DNA from: Octopus vulgaris
Taxonomy: Eukaryota
Direction: 5' to 3'
Assembly (NCBI GenBank): GCA_951406725.2
Contig: OX597829.1
Span: forward strand, 30,876,001 to 30,940,000
Length of the DNA: 64,000 bases
Part shown: positions 50,261 through 64,000 of the stretch, piece after piece
Layout: each line of letters starts with the position of its first letter
Position numbering within the stretch: position 1 is the stretch's first letter
The notes under the pieces: generated by a model
Told to the model about the DNA's origin: nothing
What the model saw: only the letters and a program-made list of their open reading frames with translations
Database searches by the model: none
Program-made: the position numbers and the translations under genes

Positions 50261-50959
50261 GTAAGTCTGTCATCCTATTGTTCTCATAGGTTAGGTTTCC
50301 TTCTGTGCTGCTCTAGAAGAACTGTATCCATGTCTGCTCTAGACACGAATCACACTAGAGCTGGGGACATAGAGTTGGGTAGGGGTGATGCCGATCGTAG
50401 ATATAGATAGTAGGTAGATTGGGATAGTACATGTTGTACATAGCTAAGGAACCAAATATACATATCTAAAATGAGCAGCTCCACTTTCTATGATACCAAC
50501 TTACATCCACATTACACACTACCTTTTAAAATGTAGGTTTAGCTGAGGCCCTTTCTAAAGGCAGTATTGACATTGAGTAGACATTCTTGGACAAGTGAAA
50601 ATGAATTCATTCACCTAGTGACATCACTAGAACCAAATACAACAGGAAGCAAAGCAATGGAGAGCTGCCATGACATATACTCAACAGCCATTGACTTCTA
50701 CCAACTGCAATGGAAGACAGGCATCAATGGAAGCTTGTTTTAATGAAACCCCACCAACATTGATCCCATGATCAGATGAAACTCCACGAGACTCAAACTA
50801 TTGTGTTCAATGGAGATTTTAATGGCCTAACCGGAGATATTATAGGGTCCTCATTCTCAAAGAGGCCTGTTGAAGGTTGCTCCAGCAATTCATGTAAGTG
50901 TAATATATATTTACACTGGTAGAATGATAAAAGGATGAGTGGAAGAAAGGCAGGGAAGG

Positions 50960-51290
50960 AGGAGAGATGAGATAAAAAGTATTGATAGCAAACAAAATAT
51001 GTGAAAATGTAGATGAAGCAGTTCACTTGATACAAGGAGAGCCTTCAACTGGGGTCAATCAAGGAACCCCACAGATCCAGGATAAGCCTGACCACAAAAG
51101 GGCTAAGCCATTGGCCACCTGTTGTTTTCCAATCTGCAGGTGTATGCTTAGAGTACTATTCACCCTAATAACTTTTACCACAGTCACCAATTTTGAGAGA
51201 TAAGCTGGAGGAGAGCACTTTCGTCTCCAGCCTCACTTTTCTTTCTCTGTGGAGCTTCTAAAAGCAAATGTGGCTCAGCCAAGGAGCAAG
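50960..51290 (-). mobile_element. L1/Tx1-like LINE 3' end
   Basis: RKVRLETKVLSS..VKVIRVNSTLSIHL. Shares AATCAAGGAACCCCAC with 58380. Confidence 0.5.
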
Positions 51291-52011
51291 ATATCTGTAC
51301 TCAATCCTTTCAGCCCAATCCACCACAATAATAAAAACAAATAATGATACTAATAATAATGTTGATGATGATGATGATCTTCAAAATGTTTTTAAAAATT
51401 TTTTTGTTTCAGTGATTATGCTGCAGCCATTCTGGAGCACTGCCTTGACCATGGCACTTTTAACAGCCATGAAAATACCAAATGAAAAGGAAGACAGGCA
51501 TCACAATGACCTCATTATCAAAGAAGTTTGATGACAATGATGTTATCAAAGCTACCCAACAATTTCTGAAAGTGTCTAACAAATATTTGTACAATAAAAA
51601 TATACATATCAACATTCTTGTTTTTCTTTTGTTGTTTTTCTTGTTTCAATCATTGGGCTATAATATTGCTGGGTGAAGTGTTTAGTTGATTAAATTAACC
51701 ACAATAAATATTTTAACCCTTTAGCATTCAGTTGACTCGGTCAAGTATAAAGCTTTTTAATTCACATTGATTTGAATTAATCAAGCATTATCTTGTAGCT
51801 TTGAAATTTCAAAGACATGAGTTTATTTTCAGAATTATATTGTTGGGTAGTGTGAGAGGTCAGTTTGAACATAGATAGAATTTTTTGTCCAGATTCAGCT
51901 GGTACTTATTCATCTGTTTTGTATTTATTTTTTTTCCAAGCTGCTTACTTAGAGAGATGTACAGAAACCAATACCAGCTGTTAAGCAGTGAGAGATAGAG
52001 GTGCATGCCTG

Positions 52012-52085
<74 letters not shown>

Positions 52086-52119
52086 TACAAATCCTCTCAC
52101 TGAAGTAAATCCACAGGAA

Positions 52120-52725
52120 AATTTTTCCTCTTCTCCAAATTTTGTGGACTTCATTCTAATCTAGATCTCACTCAAAGTCTTATACTCACACACAGACCAT
52201 ACATCCTATTCTTCTCAGACACCAATCACCAACCCATCTCACTGGTACAGGTTACACTTTCTATTTTATATCACCCTGATAGGTGGTGTCTGTGCTTACA
52301 TAGACACCTCTCTTACCTGTCAGTCATCTCTCTCACCTGCATATCAACAATAATGACACCCAGCTACTCTATATCAAAGTCTCCCATCATTACTCCCCAA
52401 AATAGGCTTGCACCCTGTGATGCTCTCCTAACATCTCAAACCACCTGCATCTCTCTGATCCCATCTGCATTCACTCCTCTTTGAATTCATTGGTGACATC
52501 AAAATTCACCCTTCCTTGTGGTGCTCTCATTCATCCCATACTGATTCTGATGGCACAGAAACTAATTCTTTTGCATTCCTCAACTCATTTTATCAACTTC
52601 TCTCATCCTCTGCATTTGTTCCAGCTTCACACTTAGACACCTCATACCCTCTTTGTTCTTTTCTTGCCATCAAACTGTCTTTGCCCCTACTGGGTCATCC
52701 AACAACCACCTAACTGCAACTATCC
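52120..52725 (+). mobile_element. CR1-group LINE apurinic endonuclease relic
   Basis: CGLHSNL..RPYILFFS..GGVCAYI..IGDIKIH..WCSHSSHTDSDG..PTGSSNNH, heavily decayed. Confidence 0.55.
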
Positions 52726-53797
52726 ACATCACATTTGAGGTGTGCTTTGTGACAGAGAAAGAGGCAATTAAGCACGCAACGGAGGCAATAAGATTAGAGT
52801 GGGTGCTTTTACCTTTGTACTGTGGCAAGCATGTGGCCAGAGTGCGAGTAGGCAGAGTTCCCCCAGAACTAAAAGAAACATGGCTGATGACAGCCATAAT
52901 GTTCAACATGAAAGATGAGGTCAAGATACTGAAAGCCACAAGGACACATAGAATCAACTACTGGGGATACAGGATTGAGCTCACTATCCAGGCAACAATA
53001 GAAGATTTGAATCAGATTGTTGAGTGCTGCCCGACAACTTGAGATTGAGAGTGGTGGTGGAGGCAGGCCGCCTGTATATTTTGCATGTAGAGAGAAGGCA
53101 AGGTGCCCACGGAGAAGCAGGAGAGTGCGGACCAGGTAGTACAGGTGGAGATGGAAGAAAAAGCAATGAAGGAGGGATTCACATTGGTGGAAAGAAAAAG
53201 AAGGAGAAGTGGAAGAGTGAGCCTGCCACCAGGGAACCAGAAAAAGAAGAAAGAAGAGGTGGAAATGAAAGCTGCAACCAGAAAGAAAGAAGACAAAAGG
53301 GTGGTGGAGAAAGAAAGTGAAAAAGTAATTGGAAAAGTGTTTGAGAATGAGTTACAGAAGGAGGAAACTGTGTTGAAGACGCCGGTTATTTCAGCGAAGG
53401 AGAAAGATTCAGGAGTGAAACTGTATGAGGGTGAAATGAAGAAATTGTTCAGAGTGGAGATAGAAAAGGAAAAGGTACCAGAAGTGGAAGTAGAAAAGAG
53501 AAGATCAAGAAAAGGAAAAACTAAATGGAATTTCATAACATATGCAAAAAACAAAGATAGGAAAAGAGGAAAAAAAAAGATGATTAAGAAAAAATAATAG
53601 AAAAATAGAATGATTGTAAATAGTGTATATAAAAGTTCGAATGGTATTGCATGGGAGTGGGGCCAATGCAGCCATTTCATTTCTTTCTTTTTATATAACA
53701 TCTCATTCGTATTAGTTTTATATCCCCGTTGTGGTGTTGTGTCTGTCCTTGTAGTGTCCCCCTCTGTGTTGTGGCCATAGGGCCAAATAAAGAAATA
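52726..53797 (+). mobile_element. Probable LINE ORF1-like region joined to a Tx1-like 3' tail
   Basis: TFEVCF..RVRVGRVPPEL..LRVVVE followed by an E/K-rich stretch. Ends TGTCTGTCCTTGT..CAAATAAAGAAAT. Confidence 0.5.
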
Positions 53798-55294
53798 GGC
53801 CTCTACCCAACTAGTCAGAGCCTGCAAGTTTCAAGCCTACTATCCCTAGCAGCCTAAAAGTAGTAGGCTTCTGTGCTTCAATCCTGACCCAACACAGACA
53901 CCTAGGCAGTGACTGGAATTTCTCTTCTAAGTATATCCCTTTATTTCTCCGTATAACTAAAACCAATGTCCATGTACAATAGCCATAGGTGTACTGAAGG
54001 TGTTCAAGTGAAAAGCATGATCTACAACATCTATTAAAACATTCAGCACAACAAAGTGGGTAGTATTTATTTAACAATGCAACATTATTTCATACATATA
54101 ATTACTTCATGCATGTCATTGTACAACTCTCAAGCTATCCTATTTTTTGAACTACAGTTAATCTCTTTGGTCCCTTGTCAGAAAAAAAAGTTCCTCCAAC
54201 TACTACACAGAATCATTTTCTCTTCCAATTCATAACAGACTTCAGTGAGCACTACCTCCACAGAAAGGGTCTCTGCCATCACTGCCCACTTGGCAAGCTT
54301 GATTTCTTTTATTTAGGCACATGGCCTTTAAAGAGAATACATCACAAGGACAGACAAAACAAGACATTGGGGGTACATATAAAACACATATCGAATGGAC
54401 TACGACTATGATAAAAAATGAGGATGAAATAGCTTACTCACCCCTCCACCTTTCCACCCAATATTTCGACAAGATCAGCTAAGTCTAAACTTTGATGATG
54501 AGATCATAATAAGACTGAAACATTTTAGAGTTGATTCATACTTGCTGAAATAATTAAAATTACTAATTACTTTCTCTTGATATATGACACCACTGTTGAA
54601 ACTAGGGAAAAGTATAGCATTTACTCTGGTTTGTATTCTATCAGAGTAAGAAAATTAATCATGAAGTTGTTTTTCAGTTGAGTTAAAAACAATTACAGAG
54701 CTAATAAGCTGATCTGACTCTTGTAATTTCAAACTTAGAATATTCATATTAACTGAAAATTAAAATTATATTTGTCAATGGCCAACTGAAACCAGACACT
54801 GAAGAAAATATGACACATTCAGTTGATATGTTTATAGAGATTGCAATAAGACATGAACATTTTATAACAGAAAAATGATTGAAGACTTTGTTATTAAATG
54901 GCAGGGGACTGAGAGAGAGGGTGAGCAGGGGAGAGAGGGGAGTGAAAAAGAGAGAGAAAATGAGAGTGAAAGACAGAGAGAGAAGAGACAGAGTAGGAGA
55001 GAGAAAGAAAGAGGGGAGAGAGAGAGAACTATGCCATCAGACGACTATAACAAACTTTAAATTGAAACAGTAATGACGATAATTGCAGTGGTGGTACTGG
55101 TGGTGAGTGGCATTACTGGTTGTACAGCTGGTACTGGGTTATTTTTGAAATACCCCCTGCCCTTCTACCTGCAGCCTGGGATACATACAGTCTGGGGTAC
55201 TACTGGTACAAGTGATTACTGAAAGATCGTTGATTCCATCTGAAACAAGGTTCTTTGCAATTTGCAAAATCCTGGTATTTGCAATGAATACCCA

Positions 55295-56078
55295 TTAAAA
55301 TACTTGTATAGAATACGGCTTTCTGTTTCTATTTTTAATCTGTTGAGTTCTTACCATTAAGGAGATGGTTTCAAACAAAGATGCAAAAAAGTTCCATTGC
55401 TGGAATTTGGATAACAACAATAACATGTGTTTATATGTGTCTATGAATATACATACGTGTGTATATGCATTTTCATGTGTATTAACATACTTATGCATAT
55501 GTGTGTATGTATGTCTCTGTAAATGTATGTTTGTGTATATGTGTGTGTGTGTGTACATGCATATGTACACATATTTTCATGTGTGTGTACAAATCTGTCT
55601 GCCTGTGTGTATGTATTCATGTATATGTGTACATGTGTGTGTATGTCTCTCTGATTCCCTGTGTGTCTGTTTGCATGTATATATGTATGTATCACTGTGC
55701 ATATGTATCGATGTATCTATCTATTTATGCATATATACATATATGCATATATACATATATGCATATATGTCATTGTTCAGTTTTATTTCAAGATTTCTTG
55801 CCAATAGAGAAAGAGCCGGTTTTTAACCTACATCAGAGGCTGCTTCTTTGGAATTTCAACACAAACTAATAGGACATTTTTGTATGTATGTATGTATGTA
55901 TGTATATGTGCACATTTGTGTGTTTTGTTTTATGTATGTACTCTCATGCATGTACTTACATATCTAGACATGCTCATATATACTTAAATGATAAACTTCT
56001 GGAAAGTTTTACAGATTTTTATAGTTTAAGTGATGGATTGGATCTGTAGTCTTTGAATCAGCTTTCTCCTTTCTAGTC
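55295..56078 (+). mobile_element. Possible Helitron/Helentron-type non-autonomous element with internal microsatellite
   Basis: GAATACGGCTTTCT near the start, GAATCAGCTTTCT..CTAGT at the end, and an internally repeated GGTTT..AAC..TGGAATTT block. Confidence 0.35.
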
Positions 56079-56080
56079 TG

Positions 56081-56210
56081 GTATGTATGTATGTATGTAT
56101 GTATGTATGTATGTATGTATGTATGTATGTATGTATGTATGTATGTATGTATGTATGTATGTATGTATGTATGTATGTATGTATGTATGTATGTATGTAT
56201 GTATGTATGT

Positions 56211-56250
<40 letters not shown>

Positions 56251-56566
56251 ATGTATGTATGTGTGTGTGTATGTATGTGTGTGTATGTGTATGTGTGTGT
56301 GTGTGTGCATATGTGTGTATTGTATGTATGTCTCAAACCAGATAGATTCTGTATGTATGTGTGTGTATGTATGTGTGTATGTGTGTATGTGTGTGTGTTG
56401 CGTGTGTGTGTGTATGTATGTATGTAAGTATGTATGTATGTATGTATGTATGTATGTATGTATGTATGTATGTATGTATGTATGTATGTGTGTGTTTGTA
56501 TGTGTGTGTGCGCACTTGTGTGCATATGTATATATTGTATGTATGTCTCAAACCAGATAGATTCTG
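56081..56566. repeat. (TATG)n/(TG)n tract with a duplicated unique tag
   Basis: TATTGTATGTATGTCTCAAACCAGATAGATTCTG at ~56318 and ~56533. Confidence 0.92.
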
Positions 56567-57245
56567 CTAAAGAAACCCATTGGCCATGTGGTTATGCTGA
56601 ATTGAGCCAGAATAGATCTACCACTCAAACTACAGATGTTTAAGTTGAACATCCCCCATGTTGCTCTCGACAGTGTGGGAAGTCCTAGAACTCTGTTTAT
56701 AGGTACCGCATTTCATATATTAACTGTCTTGATACTAACCTGTCTGAGACTGGTTCTGTGATAGAAATTCAGTTTTAAAATTATTTGGATTGAAACCTTT
56801 CACCAAAACAACATTTTAATTTATGTTCTAGAGACCAGCTTAATAATGACAAAGTCATTTTACTGAAACCTCATTATCTTCAAGATTTATTGCAACAAAA
56901 GTTGTGTATTTCAACAGAAATTTAGTAACAAAAGGGTTAAAGTGATCTAAATTAAAACTTATCGAAGTTTCATGTTCCAAACACTAGTTTGATAATGACA
57001 AAATTATTTTTATATATTTTTCATTATTTTCAAAATAAACTGAAACAAAGTGTTTTTCAACAGAAATATGTTAACAGAAGAGTTAAATATGTTAAATAAA
57101 TTTAAAAAAAAATATACACTCAGTTAGATAGCCTTACAGCCTTGTGTAATTGATATGCAAAATAGACTGACAATCAATTAATCAATATGCTATTGGACAT
57201 AGAAACAGAAAAGTTATTTAAACCATGTGTATACACAGACACACA

Positions 57246-57279
<34 letters not shown>

Positions 57280-57626
57280 TTTATATATACATACGTACAT
57301 ACATTGCATATATATATATATTCTTTTCTCTTTTATTCTTGGTTGTCAAGTGATATGGGTGGGGGACAAACACAGACATGCAAACACACACACACATATG
57401 ATGGGCTTCTTCCAGTTTCTGTCTATCAAATCCACTTACAAGGCTTTGGTCAGCCCGAGGCTATAGTAGAAGACACTTGCTCAAAGTACTGCACAGTAGG
57501 ACCAAACCCGGAACCATGTGGTAAGCAATCTGCTTACCGCACAGTCACTCCTGGGCCTAATATTTTATATACATATATAATATATATTTATGTATACACA
57601 TAGTTTAAATAACTTTTTGGCTTTTA

Positions 57627-57666
<40 letters not shown>

Positions 57667-57964
57667 GAAAGAGAGAGAGGGAAAATATATTTACAAATTG
57701 TTACAAATTGTTAACGATCAATTAGCTAGACAAGATAGAAGAATAACAGAACTGACAGATGAAAGAAATGATATAAGTAAGATAGATTATTGGCACATTG
57801 GATTAATAATGATTTTTATTCAATAAACAAATCAAAAGTAAACATTGAATAAAACAATAGGCATCAATACTTTGGGTGTTCCTACAATAAAATACAGAAG
57901 GGTTGTATACTCAGCTGGAAATCAAATAAATACATATATATATAAGATAAAAAAGATAATGTTC

Positions 57965-58770
<806 letters not shown>

Positions 58771-58804
58771 TCTTTTATTGGCCACCAGGGCTTACATAAA
58801 AACA

Positions 58805-59370
58805 TGACCTATACGCACAGGAAGCTATACCAACACTATGGAATAACAACAGAAAAAATGTAGTATGGCACACCCAAGAAATGGTCACAGAAAATGAGAA
58901 AGCAACCATACTCTGGGATATGCCAATACACACAGATAGAGAAATCAAAGTTAATAGTCTGGATATAGCTGTCAGACCAAGAAAATAAATGCCTTCTAAT
59001 TGATGTATCAATACCAACAGATGATAATGTTTCTCTAAAAGAAACAGAGAAACTTTCAAAATACAAAGACCTGGAAATAGAGTAACTTGAATGTGGAGCC
59101 TAAAAACAGAAACAATTCCTATCATAGTAGGTGCATTAGGTATGATAAAAAAACATTCAGACAAATACATAATAAAAAAAAACAGGACTATATAACATAC
59201 AGAAAATAGCACCACTAGGCGCAACAAACATCCTATGTAAAACACTTTCAATACAGTGAAAATAAGAGTGCCACAACAAACCACAGCACATACTTAAGGC
59301 ACACAGATCTGTGCTTGGTAGCGGAGTCAAAGCACATGATAAAAATAAGACTACTGAATAATAACAACAA
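58805..59370 (+). mobile_element. R4/Dong-like LINE 3' fragment, same family as 34341-36150
   Basis: Colinear with 35580-36150, including the 3' UTR and ACTACTGAATAATAA end. Confidence 0.9.
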
Positions 59371-59457
59371 TAATGTTTAGGTAACAAATAAAATTTTTGA
59401 ACAGATGGATAGAGGAAATAGGCATAAAATGCAGTTTAGTACAGCTCCAGAAAATGG

Positions 59458-59830
59458 ATTCTTTTAATCTTTTATTTGTTTTAGTCATTTGACTGTGGCC
59501 ATGCTGGAGCACCAAATCGACCCAAGAAATTATTCTTTATAAGCCTAGTACTTATTGTATTGGCCACTTTTGCCGAACCGCTAAATTACGGGGGCATAAA
59601 CACACCAGCATCAGTTGTCAAGCGATGGTAGGGGGACAAACACAGACACACAAACACACACACACACATACACATGACGAGCTATTTCAATTTCTGTATA
59701 CCAAATCCACTCACAAGGCTTTGCGGCCTGAGGCTGTAGTAGAAAACACTTGCCCAAGGTGCCATGCAGTGGGACTGAATCTGGAACCATGTGGCTGGTA
59801 AGCAAGCTACTTACCACACAGCCACACCTG
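59458..59830 (-). mobile_element. SINE family A
   Basis: Near-full reverse match to 26568-26976. Confidence 0.88.
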
Positions 59831-59834
59831 TGCT

Positions 59835-60312
59835 TTTGGGTAGAGAAGGGTATCTTTAAAGTGACTGAGCAGAGATTAGTAGATCAAGCTAATGCTATTA
59901 GGAGAAGAAAGTGGACGACACTATTGGGGATAGAAGAGATCACAAGAGAACTGGAAAAGAAAGACAAGGCAGTGGGAAAGACAAACAACAACATAAGAGA
60001 GACAGCTCAAATCGAAGGAGAACCTAATGGGCAAAATAAAAATAGTGCTACTAATAAGGAAGGGGCAACTGGTACCAGCGATTTAAGTGGTTTAAATGAG
60101 GAAGATCATAAGATTTTAGATGAGTTGCAGGAAGTAATGAGTGAAGAAGTAAGATAAAGACTGCTAGCATTAAAAGGTGCCAACAGAAGGAAGTTGCTAG
60201 AAATGACTAGGAAAGTAGATTCTGTTATCTGTAGGACAGAAACTAAAATTATAGAAGACACTAACTTATTGATCTATGCAGGAGGGCTAGTAGTCACCAG
60301 AAGATTAAATAT
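59835..60312 (+). mobile_element. R4/Dong-like LINE N-terminal fragment
   Basis: VTEQRLVDQANAIRRRKW..IEEI. 60040-60310 matches 32140-32410. Confidence 0.75.
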
Positions 60313-60415
60313 CGACCCCAAAAGGATAAAAAGCAAAGTTAACCTCAGTGGAACTTGAGCTCAGTACAGAGTGACAGGCGAAATACTGCTAAGCATTTCA
60401 TCCAATAACAATAAT

Positions 60416-60776
60416 AACAAGAGCACCCAGAGAGTGCAAACCTCCGCCAAGGCAACATCAACTTCCTCTCAATGATTAGCCAGAGATGATTTTTAAAATG
60501 AGAATATCTGAAATAAACTTGACTGCTCTCACAAACAAAAGTACTAAAAATGAACCTGACCACTCTCAAAAATTAAGTTAAAAAACCAGAAAAATAATCC
60601 AGAGTCCTTGGTTGGTACTGGATTGATCCCAAAATCTAATCAGTTTGTGCCAGTCACGAGGCCAAACATCCTTGAAAGGAATCCATCCAGTGGTTCTTGA
60701 GATATCTTGTCCACAGACAAACAAAGAAACATGACTGAAAACAATACCTCCGCCTTAGAGAAGGCAGAGGTAATAA
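60416..60776 (-). mobile_element. DINE-1/HINE-like (Helentron-associated) non-autonomous element
   Basis: On the minus strand: 5' TTATTACCTCTGCC, nearby inverted GGCGGAGGT, a GTTTGTCTGT tract, 3' subTIR GGCGGAGGT, stem-loop GCACTC-TCT-GGGTGC and end TCTTGTT. Confidence 0.8.
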
Positions 60777-60972
60777 ATGCTCCGATGCAATACCAAGCAG
60801 TGAGTCCCATTGCTTCTGATCTTAACTGATTGCAAGTGTTATCATGCACATGTTTTGTTTTGGTATAAAAGAAGGGCTACAGCAAATATTCTACTCAATA
60901 CTGCAAATTTGTTTGTCAGTTGCTTGACCTTCACCTGTTGAGCATGTCTTCAGTGGCTGATGATATGTGCAT

Positions 60973-61020
60973 AACAAAAACAACAACAACAGCAACAACA
61001 GCAACAACAACAACAACAGC

Positions 61021-61051
<31 letters not shown>

Positions 61052-61082
61052 GCAACAACAACAACAACAAAAGCAACAACAA
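60973..61082. repeat. (AAC)n microsatellite
   Basis: Visible directly. Confidence 0.95.
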
Positions 61083-62669
61083 TAGAATAAGAAAAATAAT
61101 GAGGGTTATGATGAGAAGATTAAGAAGAATAGAATACTCTGATGAAAACTGCCATACTCATATGTCTCTGACATTGAAAAACTATATTTACCATAAATGT
61201 CTGAAATTTAAAAAAAAATTATAAGCTGGTTATTACTGGATTACAAGAAAAGAATAATGACAAATAAATTACTATTGTTCAAATGAATGAACAAAAATGT
61301 TTGCTCCAATGATTCCTTTAACTGCTGGATGATTTTAATGTGGGTAAAGAATGTGTTTTGTGTCTTGTATTTGTGGTTCAGGGTTAAAAGGTAAAACAGA
61401 GAACATATTGAACATAGTATTAGACCAGAAATTAAATATGGGACTACAGCAAAAAATATATTTGACAGATGGATGTTATACTGAATATTTACTGTACACA
61501 ACATAAGATGTATTGAACTATAGAAAAAATATATTTTGAAGATGGATGTTGGTCTAGTGAAGAATGTTCCAGTCAGCAAGGTCTATTGATTAGTGACTTT
61601 CTGATAAGAGTTAAATAGACTCTGAAGCACATCTGAGAATGAAAGGTTTGGACACTGAAAGGTCTCTTGGGTAGATGTGGCTTCAGAGAAGTACTGAATA
61701 ACAGAGTATTTTGAGAAGGAGGACTAAGACAAAGATAATGGGAGTTTCTACCAGACATCCTTGCTGTAAAGAACAGGCTAGATTTGTGGATAGAGTGGGT
61801 TACAGCTGAATGGAAGGTGATGAAATGGTGGGGTAGATACCATTGTAGAAGCTAAGAGACCAGCTTTGAAAGGCTGAAAGAAAGTGTGAAACACAAGGAA
61901 AAAAATCAATTTGATAGAAATTAATGTTGACACTAGGGTTTTTCTATTTGTGAAGAGAGAAGCAGAAAGTAAGAGATTTGCCAATGTTTTGTGACAAAAG
62001 AATCAGAAGTGTGAGGTGTTCTGTATTCAAAGCAGTTTATTAGTGTGAATCAGGATGTAGTTTGTAAAGAAAAGACAGCTGCACACTTGCTGAGACTGAT
62101 ACTGAGAAGAAAGGCAGAAATGCTACTATGAGTGGTTGGGTTGTTTTGTGAAGAGAAACCATGGAAGAAAAAGAAGGAGAAAGAGAGAGAGAGAAAGAGA
62201 AAGAGAGAGAGAGAGAGAGAGATTACAGGAGGGACTACAGGAAGTCAGTCCAACAATGTGACTTGTTATTGAAGTTGATAGCTATATGCTTTGAAGTGTT
62301 AAGAATATGAAGGCAGGGAAGGAGGCTGGACCATCAAGGAGAGTCACTGAGATGGTGAAAATATCAGGTGAAGTAGAAAATGTGCTAGTTAATCACTTAC
62401 ATGTTCAAGCAGTTAGTATAGTGAGGTATCATTTCGAATGACTAAAGTGTCATCTTTGACTGTTACAAAGACAAAGGAGATACATTTAAGAGCATTAAGT
62501 GCAGAGGTTTCAAATTTTTGGAAAATAAGAGTTTTTGCACAATTGAATAGGAAGAGAATTAAGAGCCAGCCTAATATCACAGCACAATTAATACAACAGT
62601 TACACTACCTCAGCAATATCAACCAATTGTTTTTTGAAGTTCTCAGCCCCGCAAATACACCTCAAGATA

Positions 62670-63293
62670 TATTTCTTTATTGCCCACAAGGGGCTAAACA
62701 TAGAGGGGACAGACAAAGGGATTAAGTCAATTACATTCATCATCATCATTGTTCGACCGTGGTCGAGACAATGGTATTTACCATACTACGCCAGACTTCA
62801 CGGTCCATCATGGCATTACGGAGGTCTTGTTGCTGGATGCCTGTATCCCTGGAGATTACATCAGGGTAGGAGAGTGTGCGCCCTCTGGTATTGCGAGTAG
62901 ATGGCTTCCAGAGGAGAAGAGTAGAAATTACTTCTTTTTCAGCTCTACAACAATGTCCCACAAACTGGACTCTCCTACCTTTCACAAGAGATGACACAGG
63001 TGGTAGTTTCCCATATATTTGCATTTTGGTTGGATGGCGCTTCCACGAGGGATTTTGAGCTCTCATAAGGAGGCGAGTGTAGGTTCCATCCAACCGCCTC
63101 TCAAGCTTCTTTGATAACGTCCAGGTTTCTGAGCCAATTACATAGACCCCAGTGCGTAACTGGTACTTAATTTATCGACCCCCGAAAGGATGAAAGGCAA
63201 AGTCGACCTTGGTGGAATTTGAACTCATAATGTAACGGCAGATGAAATACGGCTACGCACCTCACCCGGCGTGCTAACGTTTCTGCCAGCTCG
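62670..63293 (-). mobile_element. SINE family B (Tx1-like tail) split by a LINE insertion
   Basis: 62670-62736 and 63135-63293 together reconstruct the copy at 23253-23483. Confidence 0.88.
62737..63134 (-). mobile_element. RTE-X-like LINE 3' fragment with 9-bp TSD
   Basis: SETWTLSKKLERRLDGTYTRLLMR..FVGHCCR..LLLWKP..MMDREVWR. TSD CAATTACAT at 62728-62736 and 63135-63143, with a (TGA)n tail. Confidence 0.88.
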
Positions 63294-63299
63294 ACTTTT

Positions 63300-64000
63300 T
63301 TGAAGAATCAAAGACAAAGTCTCTGAGCCACTCAATATGGTTTTGAAAACCACAAACAAATTTAAATTGAAAATCTTCTAGGATTGCAATGAATTCCCTT
63401 GCCTGTACTAATTTTAAAGCACTCCAGTTCTAATGTGGTTGAAAATACCCCAGAAAACACCATAATTTTATGGAATAAAATGGATATTTGTCAAGATGAA
63501 TAGTTCTAACATGTCTTAGATAACTTTGGAGATTACCTTCCAATGATTTCATCCAGTAGGGCTATTCAAGCCATGGACTTCGAGAAAAAATGTGAAATTC
63601 CTTTTAAGGTTTGGAAGAAAATTTTACATTCACAAATATTTGAAGCTGATTGAGAGAGTACCTAATTAAGTGAATGTGCATAACACTGTACAAATTTGGT
63701 GTTCACTTAAAAAATCTCCTTTATTTTTGCTTGTGCTCCATTCAAATGCCCAACCATCATGCTCAGTCCATTATAAGTTTGTACAGTGAATTTTTGGTCA
63801 CAGTTGAATTCAGGAACAAATTTTCAAACTTCTGTTAATGATGCAACTTTTTGTCTTTACAGACATCGATGTATCTTCAAAACCTTTCTTGAGGTTTTTC
63901 CTTATCATCAAATCACAAAATGTGTGACAAATGAGACTTCATTTGAAGGTCCAGTTTCAACAAACATAACAGTAGCAAATGTTGTTTTTTTTTATCGTTG
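63300..64000 (-). pseudogene. hAT-family (ZMYM1-like) transposase relic running off the window
   Basis: QTYNG..MVGHLNGAQAKIKE..FVQCYAHSLN*VLSQSASNICECKIFFQTL, a CxxH motif, and many stops. Confidence 0.8.

Noticed and set aside
53103-53597. E/K-rich host protein exon
   Set aside because: It is purine-rich sequence continuous with a frameshifted ORF1-like region and a retroelement-like tail.
61240-62150. Possible very old CR1/L2 RT relic on the minus strand
   Set aside because: Only faint motif traces remain, too decayed to support by eye.

Overview
Eukaryotic, AT-rich, repeat-saturated DNA. It is most probably intronic or intergenic sequence from a cephalopod (Octopus-like) genome, inferred from the SINE families and microsatellite load and not provable here. 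No intact host gene is recognisable: nearly all listed ORFs are translated microsatellites or transposon debris. The window contains three tRNA-headed SINE families with swappable tails, LINE fragments (R4/Dong, RTE, RTE-X, L1/Tx1, CR1/L2-like) and a decayed Penelope-like element (RT + GIY-YIG). It also holds mariner, DD37D-like and hAT transposase relics, piggyBac/hAT/other MITEs and a DINE-1/HINE-like element. The most notable observations are (1) minimal hammerhead-ribozyme motifs, two with a non-canonical CUGUNGA core, in (TA)n-abutting Penelope-type ends; (2) a long-TIR, 8-bp-TSD MITE carrying TTAGGG telomeric repeats; (3) a young Dong LINE flanked by a >110-bp target duplication; (4) microsatellites, including those inside SINEs, reused as insertion sites that generate inverted repeats; and (5) a CpG-rich island with tandem CRE-like repeats ahead of a candidate first exon. 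Coordinates were read by eye and edges of decayed repeats are approximate.
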